Assembly: GCF_001194135.2 (NCBI RefSeq)
Contig: NC_068981.1
Span: 57,476,846-57,540,845 of the forward strand
Length of the DNA stretch: 64,000 nt
Direction of reading: 5' to 3'
DNA from: Octopus bimaculoides
Taxonomy: Eukaryota
Every line of letters starts with the position of its first letter. The first letter of the stretch is position 1. This document shows positions 63,788-64,000 of the stretch, piece by piece. The notes below the pieces were generated by a model, which was not told where the DNA came from, ran no database searches, and was given only the letters and a program-made list of their open reading frames with translations. Both the position numbers and the translations under genes were made by a program.

Positions 63788-64000
63788 CTAAAAAAGAAAA
63801 ACAAATAGAAAGCAAAACAGGAATTGATTATTTAAAAGATAAAAGATGTTTTCCTTTTTATAAATTCAGCTTCACAGGGAGAAAAATAATTATATTGTTT
63901 TCAATGACATCTGCTTGTCTATGTCAGACATTAAAGTAAAGTTTTCAAGTTCTCTTTTCAAGTGGAGAACTTTTCTGTTTCACTTTCATTTTTATAATTG

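Overview
AT-rich eukaryotic (animal) DNA, most likely octopus/cephalopod. That is inferred from the dense microsatellites and the SINE/RTE repeat families, not from a search. There are two assembly gaps (9090-9189 and 62522-62531). Two host genes lie tail to tail. (1) The last coding exon of an RNFT1/2-type RING-finger gene on + (1699-1830). (2) The 3' part of a LRRK2-type gene on -. I traced it by hand through 36 GT-AG exons (63787 to 12623, about 1,324 aa) with the reading phase consistent at every junction. It covers the late LRRs, ROC GTPase, COR, kinase, WD40 and C-terminal helix; the 5' exons lie beyond the window. The rest is intron and intergenic DNA full of mostly decayed elements: HERO-like, R4/Dong-like, RTE, CR1/L2 and Penelope-like retroelements; piggyBac, maT (DD37D) and mariner DNA transposons; and tRNA-type SINEs. 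There is no CRISPR array or prokaryotic system, and I cannot support an entirely new multi-gene system. The best leads are natural substitutions at human LRRK2 regulatory or Parkinson's sites (equivalents of T1343G+R1398Q, R1441Q, Y1699L/F1700A, S1292D), a perfect 32-bp inverted repeat downstream of LRRK2, an inverted SINE pair beside the COR exons, and an open HERO-like ORF fragment. Human residue numbers come from recalled sequence and need a formal alignment.
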